DNA of 62,900 nucleotides, filler included, from Bonamia ostreae (taxonomy: Eukaryota): assembly GCA_040357525.1 (NCBI GenBank). It is 49 parts of 49 records of this genome, joined end to end, with 100 filler letters (N's around TTAATTAATTAA, not from the genome) between each part and the next. Parts side by side here need not be neighbours in the genome. Positions count along the whole stretch, not along the records: positions 37,394 to 38,577 come from JBDODL010002422.1; positions 38,678 to 39,861 come from JBDODL010002423.1; positions 39,962 to 41,145 come from JBDODL010002424.1; positions 41,246 to 42,429 come from JBDODL010002425.1; positions 42,530 to 43,712 come from JBDODL010002426.1; positions 43,813 to 44,995 come from JBDODL010002427.1; positions 45,096 to 46,277 come from JBDODL010002428.1; positions 46,378 to 47,559 come from JBDODL010002429.1; 41 more parts are not named here. The stretch is one strand, 5' to 3'. Below the pieces are notes generated by a model. It was given only the letters and a program-made list of their open reading frames with translations. It was not told the origin of the DNA and did not search any database. Position 1 is the first letter of the stretch, and each line of letters opens with the position of its first letter. A program made the translations under genes and the position numbers. Positions 37,294 to 50,583 of this stretch are shown in pieces.

Positions 37294-39309
37294 NNNNNNN
37301 NNNNNNNNNNNNNNNNNNNNNNNNNNNNNNNNNNNNNTTAATTAATTAANNNNNNNNNNNNNNNNNNNNNNNNNNNNNNNNNNNNNNNNNNNNTTGCAAA
37401 ATTCTAGGCTATTTTTAAAATCAAAATATTATGTAACCTTTAAAGAACCATCTTTCTTATAGTTTTTCAATATTGTTTCACTGTATTTGCTTTTTAGTAC
37501 ACGTTTAGAAACCGATTTTCTTATTTTTTTTTAAGTAAAAAACTTTATTCTATTATGAGAATAAAAAATTTTAGTTTTGTTCTTTAAATATTAATAAGAC
37601 AAAACATAACCAAGAAGACCATCAGATTCGACACTCATTTTCTTTATTTAAGCAATTAATTTTTTTACTGTGATAATAAAATTTTAATCTGAAAATTTTT
37701 TATTCTTACTGCTGAAATTTAATCTTAAAATATTCATGCAAAACCCGGGTAGATCCATTATCATTTAAAATTTTTTTAATTTTTTCGATCTGATCGTCAA
37801 AATACATCAAAATTAACTCAAACTAACTATAAAATTTAATTAAACATTTACCCCTTCGCCATATTTGGTAATTAAAACTGACTTTTATTTCAAAATTTTA
37901 TAACCTTATCGCCATTGTTATAATCAACTTTATATTTTTCCTACATTTTAATTTTATTGTTACAATTATGTAGTTTTCCTCTCTTTTTAATTCCTTTTTA
38001 CTCGTATTTATAATTTCTGGATTATCACCTCCCAATTTTTTATTTTCGTCATAAAAAGATGCGTATTCACTCGAAAATACTAAATGTGGCAAAACCAAAA
38101 ACTTTTATAATTTTTGTAATTTTCGGTTATTTTATAATAATTGCCGCTTACAAATTATTTTAATCGCAACATATTGTCAATTGGCAAATTTATAAAACAG
38201 TTATAATTTGGACGTTTTAATTTCAAATAACTAAAAAACAAAAAATGGCTTTAATCAATGTGCAAAAATAGCTTTAAAAAATTTGTATTGAATCGCCAAT
38301 CTATTTTTTATCGCCCAAACATCGATCGAATCATAATTTCACCAAAATGATATTCATTAAATTCTTTTAATTCTCTCTCCTTCATGATTTTTTTGTTTCA
38401 AATTTACAAAACGTTTATTAAAAACTTTAATTTTTCCATTTTGGTCAAATTTAATTTTCAAAAAGCCCTTTAATTTAATTTCTCTAAAAAACGTCATTTT
38501 TGTAGCCATTTTCTATTTTATAAATCTTTAATAAGCCATTTTGTCTAAAGATGTCAATAATAATTTGTTTTAAAATANNNNNNNNNNNNNNNNNNNNNNN
38601 NNNNNNNNNNNNNNNNNNNNNTTAATTAATTAANNNNNNNNNNNNNNNNNNNNNNNNNNNNNNNNNNNNNNNNNNNNATATATACATACTTTTAAAAACA
38701 TTTTTCTGAATCATTATTCAAACTAAATCCTTCAATACCATTTAAAATCATATTTAAAAACTCACTCAGGTGACTTTCGCAAATTAACACAAATAGATAT
38801 CGTGAAATTGATCTTCGTATGCTGTATAATGTGATCACTTGATGATTTGTATTCAATGATAAATCAACTTTGCCTCTAATACATGCTATAAATCATACAT
38901 TTTAGGATCAGCAATATATTTTTCGACAGAAACAGTGGATTTTTTAACAACGATACTGGAGATAATTCCCCTCGTTTCAAGTACATTACAACGAACATGT
39001 GTACTGTCTCTCAGCAATCATGGCTACAGGAAATTATCAATCCACGATCCTCTGATTTTAAAAGGTCGTGAAAATAATCCACATGAAAACAGAAGTCTTG
39101 GTAAAGACGAGACGAGGGTGGCTGTTTTTACTACTAAAAATACAAGTGATTTATCATCTTGGACACGTAAGTAAACTTACATCATATGAAATTAGTGAAA
39201 TATGAATTAAAACTTTGACAACATCGCTTCGTGTAAATAGTTCTTTTTTGCCAAACTGATGAAAACTAACACATTTAGAATGCTCATAACTTAGAACTAA
39301 GATTTACAG

Positions 39310-39722
39310 TGAGTCAGAACCCCACTCCTACGTCGTTGTGGCTCAATGGTTTCGTTGTGACTCACTCGTATCATATGGTGGTCCAAGGGTTTCGTTGTAA
39401 GTTACCGTCCCATTCGTATCTCCTACTGGCTCAGTAGTTTTCTTGTGAGTTACAAACATACTTGTATTTCGTGGTCACTCAGTAGAATCCTTATGAGTTT
39501 GGGCCGTATTTCGTAGTGGATCGGTGGTTTTCTTGTTAGTTACCGCCGTTTGTACCTCATGGTGGTTCATTGGTTTCGCTATGAGTCAGAGCTCCTTTTG
39601 TACTTCGTGATGGTTCAATGTTAAAGTCCCACTCGTATCTCGTGGCGGCTCAGCGGTTTTATTGTGAGTTAGAGTCCCACTCGTACAATGTTGGTTCAGT
39701 GGTTTCCTTGTGGGTCAGAGTT
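39310..39722. repeat. Degenerate ~45-48 bp tandem repeat, about 9 copies (animal-type contig)
   Basis: Unit approx. cccactcgtatctcgtggtggctcagtggtttcgttgtgagttagagt. Confidence 0.85.
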
Positions 39723-39961
39723 ACCTTATCTTGTTAAAAGAGATATATTGTCATTGATTCCAAACTTTCTATCAGTTTCGATATTTTATTTTTACAGCGG
39801 GTGACTGGAAAACAAAAGGTGTATTGACATTTGATGTAAAGGGAACAGATCAACAAGTAGCNNNNNNNNNNNNNNNNNNNNNNNNNNNNNNNNNNNNNNN
39901 NNNNNTTAATTAATTAANNNNNNNNNNNNNNNNNNNNNNNNNNNNNNNNNNNNNNNNNNNN

Positions 39962-40836
39962 AAGATACAAAGACATTCACATCAATCAACCAAGTTTCGA
40001 AGAAGAGATGTGCGTAGTCGAAAACGTCACACCTCACGGTTACAATTTTAAAATCCGGCAGAATGCAGACTAAGAGACACGACATATTCGAGTTCGATCG
40101 TCGTCGACGTGGAATATGTCCGGAACACGACGATTGTCCACAAAAACAATATTGTTGTATAAAGACATAAACAGAAAATCGGCAACATTCCGATGATGCT
40201 CAAAAGCGACAAATGCATTTTAGCGGACAAGACGGAAGAGGAACTATCTTATTTGGAGGAATGCCCCCACGATCCAGGCGGCTATTTTATAGTCAACGGC
40301 ACCGAACGCGTCATTTTGATACAAGAGCAAGTCTTCAAAAACCGCATTTTGGTCGAAAGGAACAAAGACAAAAACATTTCTGCGTCAGTGACAAGTTCCA
40401 CGGAAGCCAGCAAAAGTCGAACGGAAGTTTATTTGAAGAACGAAAGAATGTTTGTCAGGGCAAACAAGTTCACCGAGGACATTCCGGCCGTTGTTCTCTT
40501 AAAAGTTTATAGATTTTTTTTGCATTTTGTAAATTCGGTTAAACGCTAAAATTGAAATTCGGTTTTTTTTTATAAAGGCGATGGGCTTGGAGAGTGACCA
40601 AGAAGTGGTTCATATAGTGGGTTTGGATTATTTAGCAGTGCTATCGCAATCGATTGAACAATGTCGGTCGCTTGGAATAGACACGGCGGAACAAGCACTG
40701 CAATATATCGGGAATAGGATTCGCTATACGAAAGCGTCGAAGAGCAACAGGACTAAAACGGAAGAAGCGAGATTTATTTTGATAAGTGTTGTTTTGTCGC
40801 ACATTCCATCGGAAAATTTTGATTTTTATGAAAAAG
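39962..40836 (+). CDS. POLR3B: RNA polymerase III second-largest subunit (RPC2), 5' region fragment (protist-type contig)
   Basis: TPH|ECRLRDTTYS across 23-nt intron 40039-40061; ECPHDPGGYFIVNGTERVILIQEQ..KNRILVE; ASVTSST..KSRT; EDIP...LK|AMGLESDQEVV, which are RPC2-type rather than RPB2-type. Confidence 0.93.
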
Positions 40837-41262
40837 GTCTTTTTACGATTTAAATACAAAAAAAAATTGTTGTTTAACTACAAAAAATCGCAAAAATAAA
40901 AATAAAAAATATAAAAATAAAAAATCAAAAAATCGCCAAAAATAAAATAAAAATTAGAAAATTTAAAAAAAAAACGAAAAAATATAAAAAAAATCGCAAA
41001 AAAATAAAAAAAACACAAAAATATAAAAAACAAACAAAAATAAATATCAAAAATCGAAAAAAAATACAAAATAAAAATAACAAAAATCCAATATTATAAA
41101 ATTTTTACAATTATAAAATCTTTATAATAAAATTTATTACAAAAGNNNNNNNNNNNNNNNNNNNNNNNNNNNNNNNNNNNNNNNNNNNNTTAATTAATTA
41201 ANNNNNNNNNNNNNNNNNNNNNNNNNNNNNNNNNNNNNNNNNNNNTTTTAATAAAATTTCAA

Positions 41263-42429
41263 GAAAAATGCGATAAAAACAAAAAGGGATTTATAGCCAA
41301 AAGACTTTGTCCGTCTTTAATTTTTGTAAAAAATGATTTTTCCGCTTATTGCAAAGCTTCTGGTTCAACCAAAATTGAAAATATTCGTAAATTTTAATTA
41401 GAACAAATAAGCGACGTTTTTAAAGAATACGATAAAAATTTTGATTCAATTGGATTAGATGAATCTTATCTCGATCTCTCTTATTCTTTTCAAAATGTTT
41501 AATAAAATACCGATTTGTTATTGAAACTTTGATTTTTACAATTAAAAGAGGGAAATTAACGAAAAGAAAATCAACGAAATCGTCGGAGAAATTAGAAGAA
41601 AGATACACGAAAAGACTGGATTGACCGCTAGTGCTGGCATTGGTTGTAACAGATTATTGGCAAAAATAGCAACTGGTTTTGTAGATAAAAATAGCAATAT
41701 TTTAATCGGCGGCAAAAAATCAATTTTTTTAAAAAATTTTATTTTTCAAAAATTTGTATTTTCGGCGCAAAATAATTGGCTAAAATTTAATAATTCAGAT
41801 AAAAATAAGCCGAACGGGCAATATTTTGTTCCTTTTTGCAAAGAAAAAATATTGAATTTTATGTCACATTTGTCCGTTCGCAAAATTCCGGGTGTTGGAA
41901 AAGTCACCGAACGCATTTTGAAAGTTTAAATTGCGCTAATTTTTTTTTAAATTTAACCAAATATTTTAACCAAAAGGAAATTGGAATTGAAAAATGTAAA
42001 GATATTTTAAAAAATGTTGATTTATTATTCAAGTTTTTTAATTGGCTAAATTTTAAAATTCTGAAAAATTGTTAAAAATCAATAAATTTGACAAAAATAA
42101 AAATTGCTAAAAATCAACAAAAATATCTAAAAATTAACAAAAAAAAGATATTTTAAAGAGAAAACGGTTATTTTTTTGGTAAACTCAGCTTTGGGAATAG
42201 GTTCAATCGAAAAAAGCAAAAATGACCAGCGCAAGAGCATTAGCACAGAACGCGTTTTCAGACCACTAAATAATCGATTCGAATTGGAACAAAAATTGAC
42301 CGAAATTTGTTCTGTTTTAGCCAATGTTAAAATTTCAATATTTTTGCGCAAATTTTGCTTTTTTAACGATTTTCGGACAATTTTGATAAAAAGAGATTTA
42401 AAGATACAAAAATGAGCGCCAAAACGATT
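41263..42429 (+). CDS. POLK: Y-family DNA polymerase kappa (DinB), internal fragment (protist-type contig)
   Basis: GFIAKRLCP, GLDESYLDLS, KTGLTASAGIGCNRLLAKIAT|DKNKPNGQY, VRKIPGVGKVTE, RKSISTERVF, linked by GT-AG introns. Confidence 0.93.
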
Positions 42430-43849
42430 NNNNNNNNNNNNNNNNNNNNNNNNNNNNNNNNNNNNNNNNNNNNTTAATTAATTAANNNNNNNNNNNNNNN
42501 NNNNNNNNNNNNNNNNNNNNNNNNNNNNNCTTGATAATTCATTTTAAAAATTCAATGCTCTCTGTGCAATTAAAGATTTTCCACACCATTTAAAAATGAT
42601 TAATTATCTTGCGAATAAAAACTTGAGATTTTAATTTTACCCAACGAATCTGGATCCTTTATGGATACTGTTACGCTGTTCATAATGTTTTTCCAGTTCA
42701 TTGTTTTACATGAAAACTGCTGCATATTTTTTTCAAAGATACATATCAGTAATTACTACGGGGTTTACAGTATTGTAAAGATTGAAAATCACGGACATAC
42801 ATGTACGAAATTGCTATTTTATTTCTTTGTATCAATCAAATTAGCAGATGCACAGCGTACTCATATAACACATACGTAAATTTTAATGAAATCTGTTCAT
42901 TGGTATTAGAGATACCCTCTGAAAAAATGATTTCTACGGGCAAACGGACGGACAGACGGACAAGTTAATTCCAGTATACCCCTCTTCGTTTGGATCGAGT
43001 TGTAATAATGCTATTTTAAAAGGATGTGCACAACCACATAATGACCCTTTCTCAGTTGGACTATCTCAAAACGTTATTACTATAATTTGGCTATTTTAAA
43101 ATGCCTTTTTGTCTTCGTGCGTGATATCCAACATCATATATTCTGTAGCAAAATATGAATAGAAACAAATCCGTTGAAAAAATGTTTAACTAATTTTTAA
43201 TCTTAAAAAGATTGTATGTGCAGTATGGATAACCAAGCAATATACCAAAGAAATAATATTAGGATAAAAAAGAAATGGTTTCCTTACCTTTCTCATTTCT
43301 CTCAATAAGCTAAAGAGTTATCGCTTCTTTTATAGATAACTGGAAGACTATCCACTTGCCTCTTTTATCCAATCACATTTCTCCCATTTGCGCATGTTGT
43401 TTACATGTACGGTTTAGGTAGGAGGAATAGTTTAAGGTCACTATCGAGGATCATTATCAATGCGCTCATTGGACTATTTCAATGATTAAAATAGTCTAAA
43501 GGACACAATAATTTGGGTAGCAAACTCTTTATCGTGAAAACCGATATTCAGAAAAACACTAGACTGTCTTTACAGTAATTTCATTTAATGGTTCATGCAT
43601 CATGCAATCAAACTATAGCTAGCTGTAGATAGTTTAAATTTCTTGCATTTAACGACACTTAAAAAACAAATGATAACAATGAAAACTAAATTTATATGTT
43701 ATACGTAAAATCNNNNNNNNNNNNNNNNNNNNNNNNNNNNNNNNNNNNNNNNNNNNTTAATTAATTAANNNNNNNNNNNNNNNNNNNNNNNNNNNNNNNN
43801 NNNNNNNNNNNNAACAGAAACAAATTGACTAAAAAAATAAATTGCGCAA

Positions 43850-44625
43850 AAAGCTCAAAATAAAGCCACAAATTGGATAAAACTTTTGGCAATCTCGTTC
43901 CCGTGAACTTTACGTTTTCGCTGTTAATTTTGTCGACGACATTTTTAACCGCCAAATTTGAAATTTTCTTCGTTTTCTCTTTATCCAAAACCAATTTTTT
44001 GATCACGTGATCAAAATTTTCAATCGCTCTCATTTCGATCTTATTCGGATTCTTTTTATTGGAAACGAGTTTGTGATATGCAAACTTGCAATGTTATTAT
44101 ATCTTCTTTCCTAAATTTAGTGCCATCCAAAACGTCTTCCCAAAATTTCGGCTTTATGTTAAGCTTTTAAATTTATGATGTTTTTGTAATTGCGACATAA
44201 AGCAAAACTTTTTCCACGGCTTCATGCGAGAAAACATTGCCGCTTGTTTTAATTGCGACGATATAACTATTGTCGTTGAAAACCCGAAAAGTTAATGGAC
44301 AATGCAACTTTCCTTTTTCGTTTTTACTGAAATTCAGTTTGATCAAATCCTTCTTTTTTAAGGATTTCCCGGTCACCGGACATTTCCCGAACTTGTCGAT
44401 ATATTCTCTAATATTCGTTTTGTCAAAGACATTGCCGTCTGTTGTGCAAACAGGGCTTTTGAATGGCAACAAAGAAATGGAGCAACAGTCGAACGATAAT
44501 GGCAGAACACGCGGAACGCGTTTTTCTTTGAAACCGCCAAAATCGCGACGCCATTCTGTCGAAGTTATGTGCCTTTTTTTAACGTGTTAAAACATTCTGT
44601 CTTGTTGATGCTGGTTTTTCCCCAT
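43850..44625 (-). CDS. PPIL2: PPIL2/CYP60 U-box cyclophilin-like splicing factor, 5' part (protist-type contig)
   Basis: MGKNQHQQDRM|HITSTEW (21-nt intron 44573-44593), LSFDCCSISLLPFKSPVCTTDG, CPVTGKSL...DLIKLNF, HCPLTFRVF, IVAIKTSGNVFS.EAVE, EDIITLQ. Confidence 0.92.
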
Positions 44626-45095
44626 TTATTGGCTTTAAATATTAACTTTTTTGTATATAATAATAATGTTTTTAATATATCGCTTTTATGGCTTAAAATG
44701 GTTTTGGCATATTTAAATTGAAAATGACATTGATTCTATTTTGTTTTAGTTAAACTGATATATAAAATTTTGAGCTTTATTTATGTCGCTTTTAAGCGAT
44801 TTGTGTGTTTCTCTCATTATCTTCGATATCGTGGTCGACATGAACCGTTTTATCGTTGTTCAAATTTTCGAGTTGTTTATTTCTTCGTCTTTTCTTTGAT
44901 GTGTACACTAAATGAGCCACAAAAAGAATTGCCATCAGAACTACAATTCCTGCAAATGTAGATGCGGCAATGATATCATCTATCAGAAAATTTATNNNNN
45001 NNNNNNNNNNNNNNNNNNNNNNNNNNNNNNNNNNNNNNNTTAATTAATTAANNNNNNNNNNNNNNNNNNNNNNNNNNNNNNNNNNNNNNNNNNNN

Positions 45096-45321
45096 CAACA
45101 AAAACAAAGCTGTTGTCCGTTACATGTTTTTTAGCCCGCTCGACATAAAATGGTTTTCCAATATTGAACTCCACTCGAAATCCGGTCTAATTGGCAACAT
45201 CAAAGAATCTGTTGGAACACATGGAAATATGAAATGCCTATTTTCGGACTTTGTTAAAAGCAATGATATTATATGTATGCCGCTTTACAAACAAGTCTAT
45301 CCTCCGCTTACAAATAAATGA
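45096..45321 (+). CDS. TSR1: Pre-40S biogenesis factor TSR1, C-terminus (protist-type contig)
   Basis: AVVRYMFFSPLDIKWF..IELHSKSGLIGNIKESVGTHGNMKCLF...ICMPLYKQVYP; stop at 45321. Confidence 0.92.
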
Positions 45322-45347
45322 CCGACCAAAAATTTATTTTCAAAAAT

Positions 45348-46200
45348 TTATTTGTTGTTCAGCAAACTAACACACAAATGACCATTTCTCATCGAATAAA
45401 CATAAATCAATTTTTTGTTGTTGCTTCTTTTGAACAAAACTCGGCTAATCATATTCGTCTGATATATCCCCTTTTTCTGGTTCCTCGCGAAATTTAGACT
45501 ATTTGCGAAAATTATTTTGCAAAACCTGAACATTTTTTCGTACTGTTTTATCTTTATCGAAATATATTTTTTCGGCTTTGTTATCGAAGGAAACGGCCCT
45601 GAAATCGATATTTTTTTCGGTCCCGCTGGAATTTTCGAACACGGGATGTCACCATTTTCAAAATAAACGACATCCGCGATTCTGACACTGTTGTCACAAA
45701 TCTTGTTATCTTTAAATGCGTCTAGTCCCAACCCGTTCAAATATACAAAACCAATGCTAAATTTTAAAATTGTCAAAAATTGCAAATTTTTTGGATGAAA
45801 AACTTATTTGAGTAAACTAGAAAATATTCATATTTCAATTTTGTTTCAGCAAATTCTGTGAAACTAAATTTGGCAAAATCGAAGGAAACGCTAAATTTTA
45901 ATTTTTGATAACATTGTCGATTCCAAATTTTTGAATCGATTTTGTGTAAAAAATTTGCTTTGTTTTGAAGTCTCTAAATCTATTAGACGAAGTCCCGGAG
46001 GAAAATTGCATTCGGCTAATTTTAAAATTGGGTTAAAAGAGGAATTTTGGATCAAAAGTTTTTTATCAAAAACCGCCGGTGGCCATTATTTTGTCGGTTC
46101 CATCGGGAACCCATTTTGCGGAATGAACGTTGTTTGTGTATTTATAAACATAAATTGGATGATCTGGTGATCTAATGTCCCAAACTTTTATTACCGCATC
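45348..46200 (-). CDS. WD40-repeat protein, 3' part, convergent with TSR1 (protist-type contig)
   Basis: DAVIKVWDIRSPDHP...VHSAKWVPDG..IMATGGFDKKL; a 22-nt intron (gttatcaaaaattaaaatttag) and a second short intron join it to the 45348-45785 ORF. Confidence 0.7.
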
Positions 46201-48788
46201 CTAAATTTTCATTTAAGTTTTATAATTTTTTGCGTTAAAATAAATTTTTTTATTTTTCAAATTTAATATTTTTTGTGNNNNNNNNNNNNNNNNNNNNNNN
46301 NNNNNNNNNNNNNNNNNNNNNTTAATTAATTAANNNNNNNNNNNNNNNNNNNNNNNNNNNNNNNNNNNNNNNNNNNNACTCGTGCAATGACCGTAGTAGC
46401 GTTCGAGAGGAACCTTCGTCGAACACTAGGCAGGTAGAAGTGAGAGTCACAGGTCTTTCGGAAATACCCTTTCCAATATCGCAGTAAATGTTGGCACGTT
46501 AACAAATCCTTTCTGCTACAACCCTGAACGTTAAGCTCAGTGCTAAATTTGTGAAACTGCACCTACCGCTGATGACGTCTTGATGTTGGGGAAATAATTG
46601 TCTGAGGGACGTAAACAAACACGTAAACAATAAATTAATACAGAATATATCATTAGGTACATACATATTATTGGCTCACATTGGTATGGTTCATATGCAA
46701 TGGTTTAATCAGTTAAGAATTCAAAAAACCAGTTTGCAGTAAATACCGTGAAAATTTAGTTTGGAAAATAATTTCCTAGTCTGACCTTCTTTATGGAAAG
46801 AAATTATTCTACAAAATCGCACGTACAAATTATGAGTGTTAATAAGACATTTTAGGAATGAATAACATTCTTGTAATGTTTCATATGCATGATTTGGAAA
46901 CGTGCTTTAATTTTAATCACCTTGCATCAACTGTGACTTTAGTGAACACCATTTATTCTGTCAACTAACATCCGGTATATTACTTATCGACAGTTCTTTA
47001 AACATGAGAAACGAAAAATAAGAATAAGGATTAATGGAACGTCATTATTATACGATCACAAACATGTTTATCAAAATTGACATGAAAAGATACTACCTTG
47101 TTATTGTGTTAAGCCTACATGGTGTGTCATTTCTTATCACTAGTGGAATACCTTGCATGCATAATTAGTATTCCATTTGTTTTCTTTTACTATGATATGC
47201 TCCAAACACAAAAGCTCAAACATCATGAATGTTCATGTTTGATATTAACATTTTGGTGCATCTAACACCAAACTGACCCGTTTGATTTAGTTTATTTTAG
47301 TTTGTCAACAGGCACAACACATCTGATATTTTGAATTATATTCCACGTCAGGTGACCCTGGAAGTACCGATTCCAATGCGGACTCTCCAAATAAAGACGA
47401 CCCTCAGGTGCCTGGATTAGAAGGAACCGTTGAGGAACTGATGATTAGAAAGATGCCTCCCTCCATGTCTAAATATCTATTAGAATCTTTAGGGAAGGAC
47501 ATAAATGATTTACCGAATTCAGGAAACAGCGATGTAGAATCTCGTCCAAGATCGTGTAGNNNNNNNNNNNNNNNNNNNNNNNNNNNNNNNNNNNNNNNNN
47601 NNNTTAATTAATTAANNNNNNNNNNNNNNNNNNNNNNNNNNNNNNNNNNNNNNNNNNNNCGAGAGGGACGTTAAACAATATGCAATTAATCATTTAATTT
47701 TGTTTTACCACTTATTACCCCGTTCAATCGATTAATGTATAGAGTCCATGGCGGGTGCGACTGGTGAACAAAGGATGCTTACTCCGCTTATGCACCTGGT
47801 CATCTAGTTGTACATGCACCCGCGCGTCAATTGTGTCAATGTTTTAAGTAGAATTTAATGTGGTAATATCGCTTAAATAAGCATGACTTTCTTTAGCTTT
47901 ATCGCTTGTTTTTGTTTTTACGGAAATAGCGGGCGCGCCGAATACAACTAACCGCCTGTCTCCACCCCCCCAGGGGCAGTGTTTGGCCTACTCTGAATTA
48001 CATATTGTTATAGCATTTGTTAGATTGGCCACTGATCTATTCATTTTATATTCAGTTTTTCACATTTACGATTCTTTACTAGACAGAAAGAAAGTGGAGT
48101 AACTTGCATAATAATGCAATCAGTGTCATACTCTATACATCGGAAACAACTCAATGCTGCAGTCATAACCCAAACACAGTAACAAATATTATGTACGAAA
48201 CATTTTACACAAATTCGGTGTCATAAACTATATTGCTATGTCCTGCCAACGTCCCTACACAAAGGTACGTTCAACTCTTGATATCTTTCAGAAGTGTTTA
48301 ATTATGTTGGATAAAAAAAGATAGATAATTAATCCCGTGAGGTATTAGACATAACTGTGTATTGGTATGGTAATGATATCGTTCATATTACTTAAAGATT
48401 CAATATTATTAAATTGAACTTAACGAACATATTTAAAAAAAATAATAAAAAATGAAAATCTGGTACATGCTAAAACAACGATTGTTTATTTGATACAGAT
48501 TGTGTATGACATATTATGTAACTGATCAGGAATTGGGTAATCAGGATTTTATCAAGAAAGGTTGAATGAAGAGGGTTTACGTCCAATCTTTGTTTGCTTA
48601 TGGGGAACGCAGACGATAATAGAGATTCATATAACCTTTGCTATTGGACTAAATTTCAATTGGATGCAAGGACAAATATCATTATCTTTTATGCACAGTT
48701 CTATCTAGTCGCGTTTGGTTCCAGGCATGTGGTGTGTTCATGATTGTTCGTTTATGGCTATAAGAAATCCCTTCATTCCTATTCCAAG

Positions 48789-48840
48789 CCCATTGGGATC
48801 TTGGTTAGAATAACCAGTAATCCTTGTATGTCGTAATAGG
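48789..48840 (+). mobile_element. SINE-like dispersed repeat fragment
   Basis: ggttagaata...ccttgtatgtcgtaa matches the reverse complement of 54175-54220; related tails at ~46605-46630, 47660-47691 and 51502-51565. Confidence 0.65.
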
Positions 48841-48940
48841 NNNNNNNNNNNNNNNNNNNNNNNNNNNNNNNNNNNNNNNNNNNNTTAATTAATTAANNNN
48901 NNNNNNNNNNNNNNNNNNNNNNNNNNNNNNNNNNNNNNNN

Positions 48941-50035
48941 GCTTTTGTGTTGATGACAGTGACATTGGGCAAGCCCAGTTCCTTCACCCTTTTAGCTGAA
49001 AATTAGTGCGGAAACCAAGCACATGGCACCTCGAGAAATTGCTGTCGACCGCAACGACAAAGCCATTTTGATCAAAAACGTTCGAAATTTTCTTCATTTT
49101 TTCGACTATTTGGCATGTTTTGGAGCCAGGAGCAGCGCACATGTCAAGTACTTTGTGACTGGGTTCGATGTCCAACGTGATCGGAGGGATCATAGAAACC
49201 TCTTCTTGTCTCACAATGTTGCCGAAGTCGCTTTCTTCAGTTAGCCATTTGTGCATTCGACTGTTTTCCTGTTTGTTATTTTAATGTTAACATCGATTTT
49301 CTTCATTTCTCGTTTCGATATGTTTGTCTTGAATCCAGGCAGAAACGTTTCGAGGCTGTACCATTTTAACGGTTGAAACTAATGTGAAAGTTGTAATTTT
49401 GTTTTTAATGTGAAAATGACAAGTTTTGTTTTTAATGTGAAAATGACTAGTTTTGTTTTTAAATGTGAAAATGACAAGTTTTGATTTTAAAGTGAAAATG
49501 ACCAGTTTTGTTTTTAAAGTGAAAATGACCAGTTTTGTTTTTAAAGTGAAAATGACAAGTTTTGTTTTTAATGTGAAAATGACAAGTTTTGTTTTTAATG
49601 TGAAAATGACCAGTTTTGTTTTTAAATGTGAAAATATCAAAATGGCTTATTTGCTTTTTGATTCACTTTATATTAACTAGACGCAAAAATCAGCCATTTT
49701 ACAAAAATCGGAAGATTAAGAATTTTATGTCGAACAAAAGTCCAAAAGCTCACCTTGTCCCGAATGTTCTGATTGAGTGCCGAAAAACTCTCTATCAGTT
49801 TATTGTTTCCATTAGATTTGCCTGAAAACCAAAAACAAACTGGAAGTTCAGTCTTTAAGCACTTTTTGAGGGCCGCCGCGTCTTCTTCGCTGTACAGAAC
49901 ACCTTGTTTCCTATAATAACGAATGAAGCTATCCAGTTTTTTGTAATATTTCGCATTAAATTCCTCTTCACGAATTAATTTTTTCATTCCTAGTTTCCTT
50001 TTGTCCGCGGAAGATTTGTCTAACAAGTGCGCCAT
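48941..50035 (-). CDS. NSUN2: tRNA (cytosine-5)-methyltransferase NSUN2/Trm4, 5' part (protist-type contig)
   Basis: FIRYYRKQG, LKTELPVCFW, GNIVRQEEVSMIPPITLDIEPSHKVLDMCAAPGSKT, GFVVAVD...RCHVL; introns 49269-49291 (23 nt), 48996-49015 (20 nt) and ~49379-49753. Confidence 0.93.
49385..49635. repeat. 27-bp minisatellite, about 9 copies, inside the long NSUN2 intron
   Basis: Repeated gtgaaaatgac(a/c)agttttgttttta(a). Confidence 0.95.
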
Positions 50036-50583
50036 TTTCAGTTGTTTATATTAGCAAAGTTTAGTAATTATCGTTTCTGTAAGGTATTTTAAATTAGCAC
50101 AAAATTATTTGGTTCGCAATTNNNNNNNNNNNNNNNNNNNNNNNNNNNNNNNNNNNNNNNNNNNNTTAATTAATTAANNNNNNNNNNNNNNNNNNNNNNN
50201 NNNNNNNNNNNNNNNNNNNNNACTTCCTCTAAATAAATATTAAACTTTGCACTCCACATCTAATCAGTCGAATAAATGATTGTTATGATTATACAATTTG
50301 AGACTACTTATTGCTTTCAATCATGGACTCTGTAGTTTAAAATTTTCAACACAAATCATACAATTATAGTCTAAAAATACAAGACAAACATTGTTCACCT
50401 GCTCCAAGTTATTCGTATGCGAAAACTGAAAAGATGAGCAGTTATTGGTTATTACAGTTTATCATCTTTTAATTATAACATAACTATATATGTACATACA
50501 TACAATGATCACACGATTGTATTCCTCAGAGTGCATGCATTTACAAGTTAGAATTTCTACTGTAGTTTTGATTCAATATTCAG

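Noticed and set aside
37394-38577. Named gene calls in this contig and in 6470-7662 and 56616-57793
   Set aside because: Composition suggests protist coding sequence, but no consistent spliced frame or family motif could be established.
39310-39722. CRISPR array or tRNA cluster
   Set aside because: Degenerate head-to-tail units with no spacers, B boxes or cloverleaves.
41676-41830. POLK intron formed by duplication of the downstream exon start (agataaaaata...gcaatatttt)
   Set aside because: Short matches in very AT-rich sequence could easily be chance.
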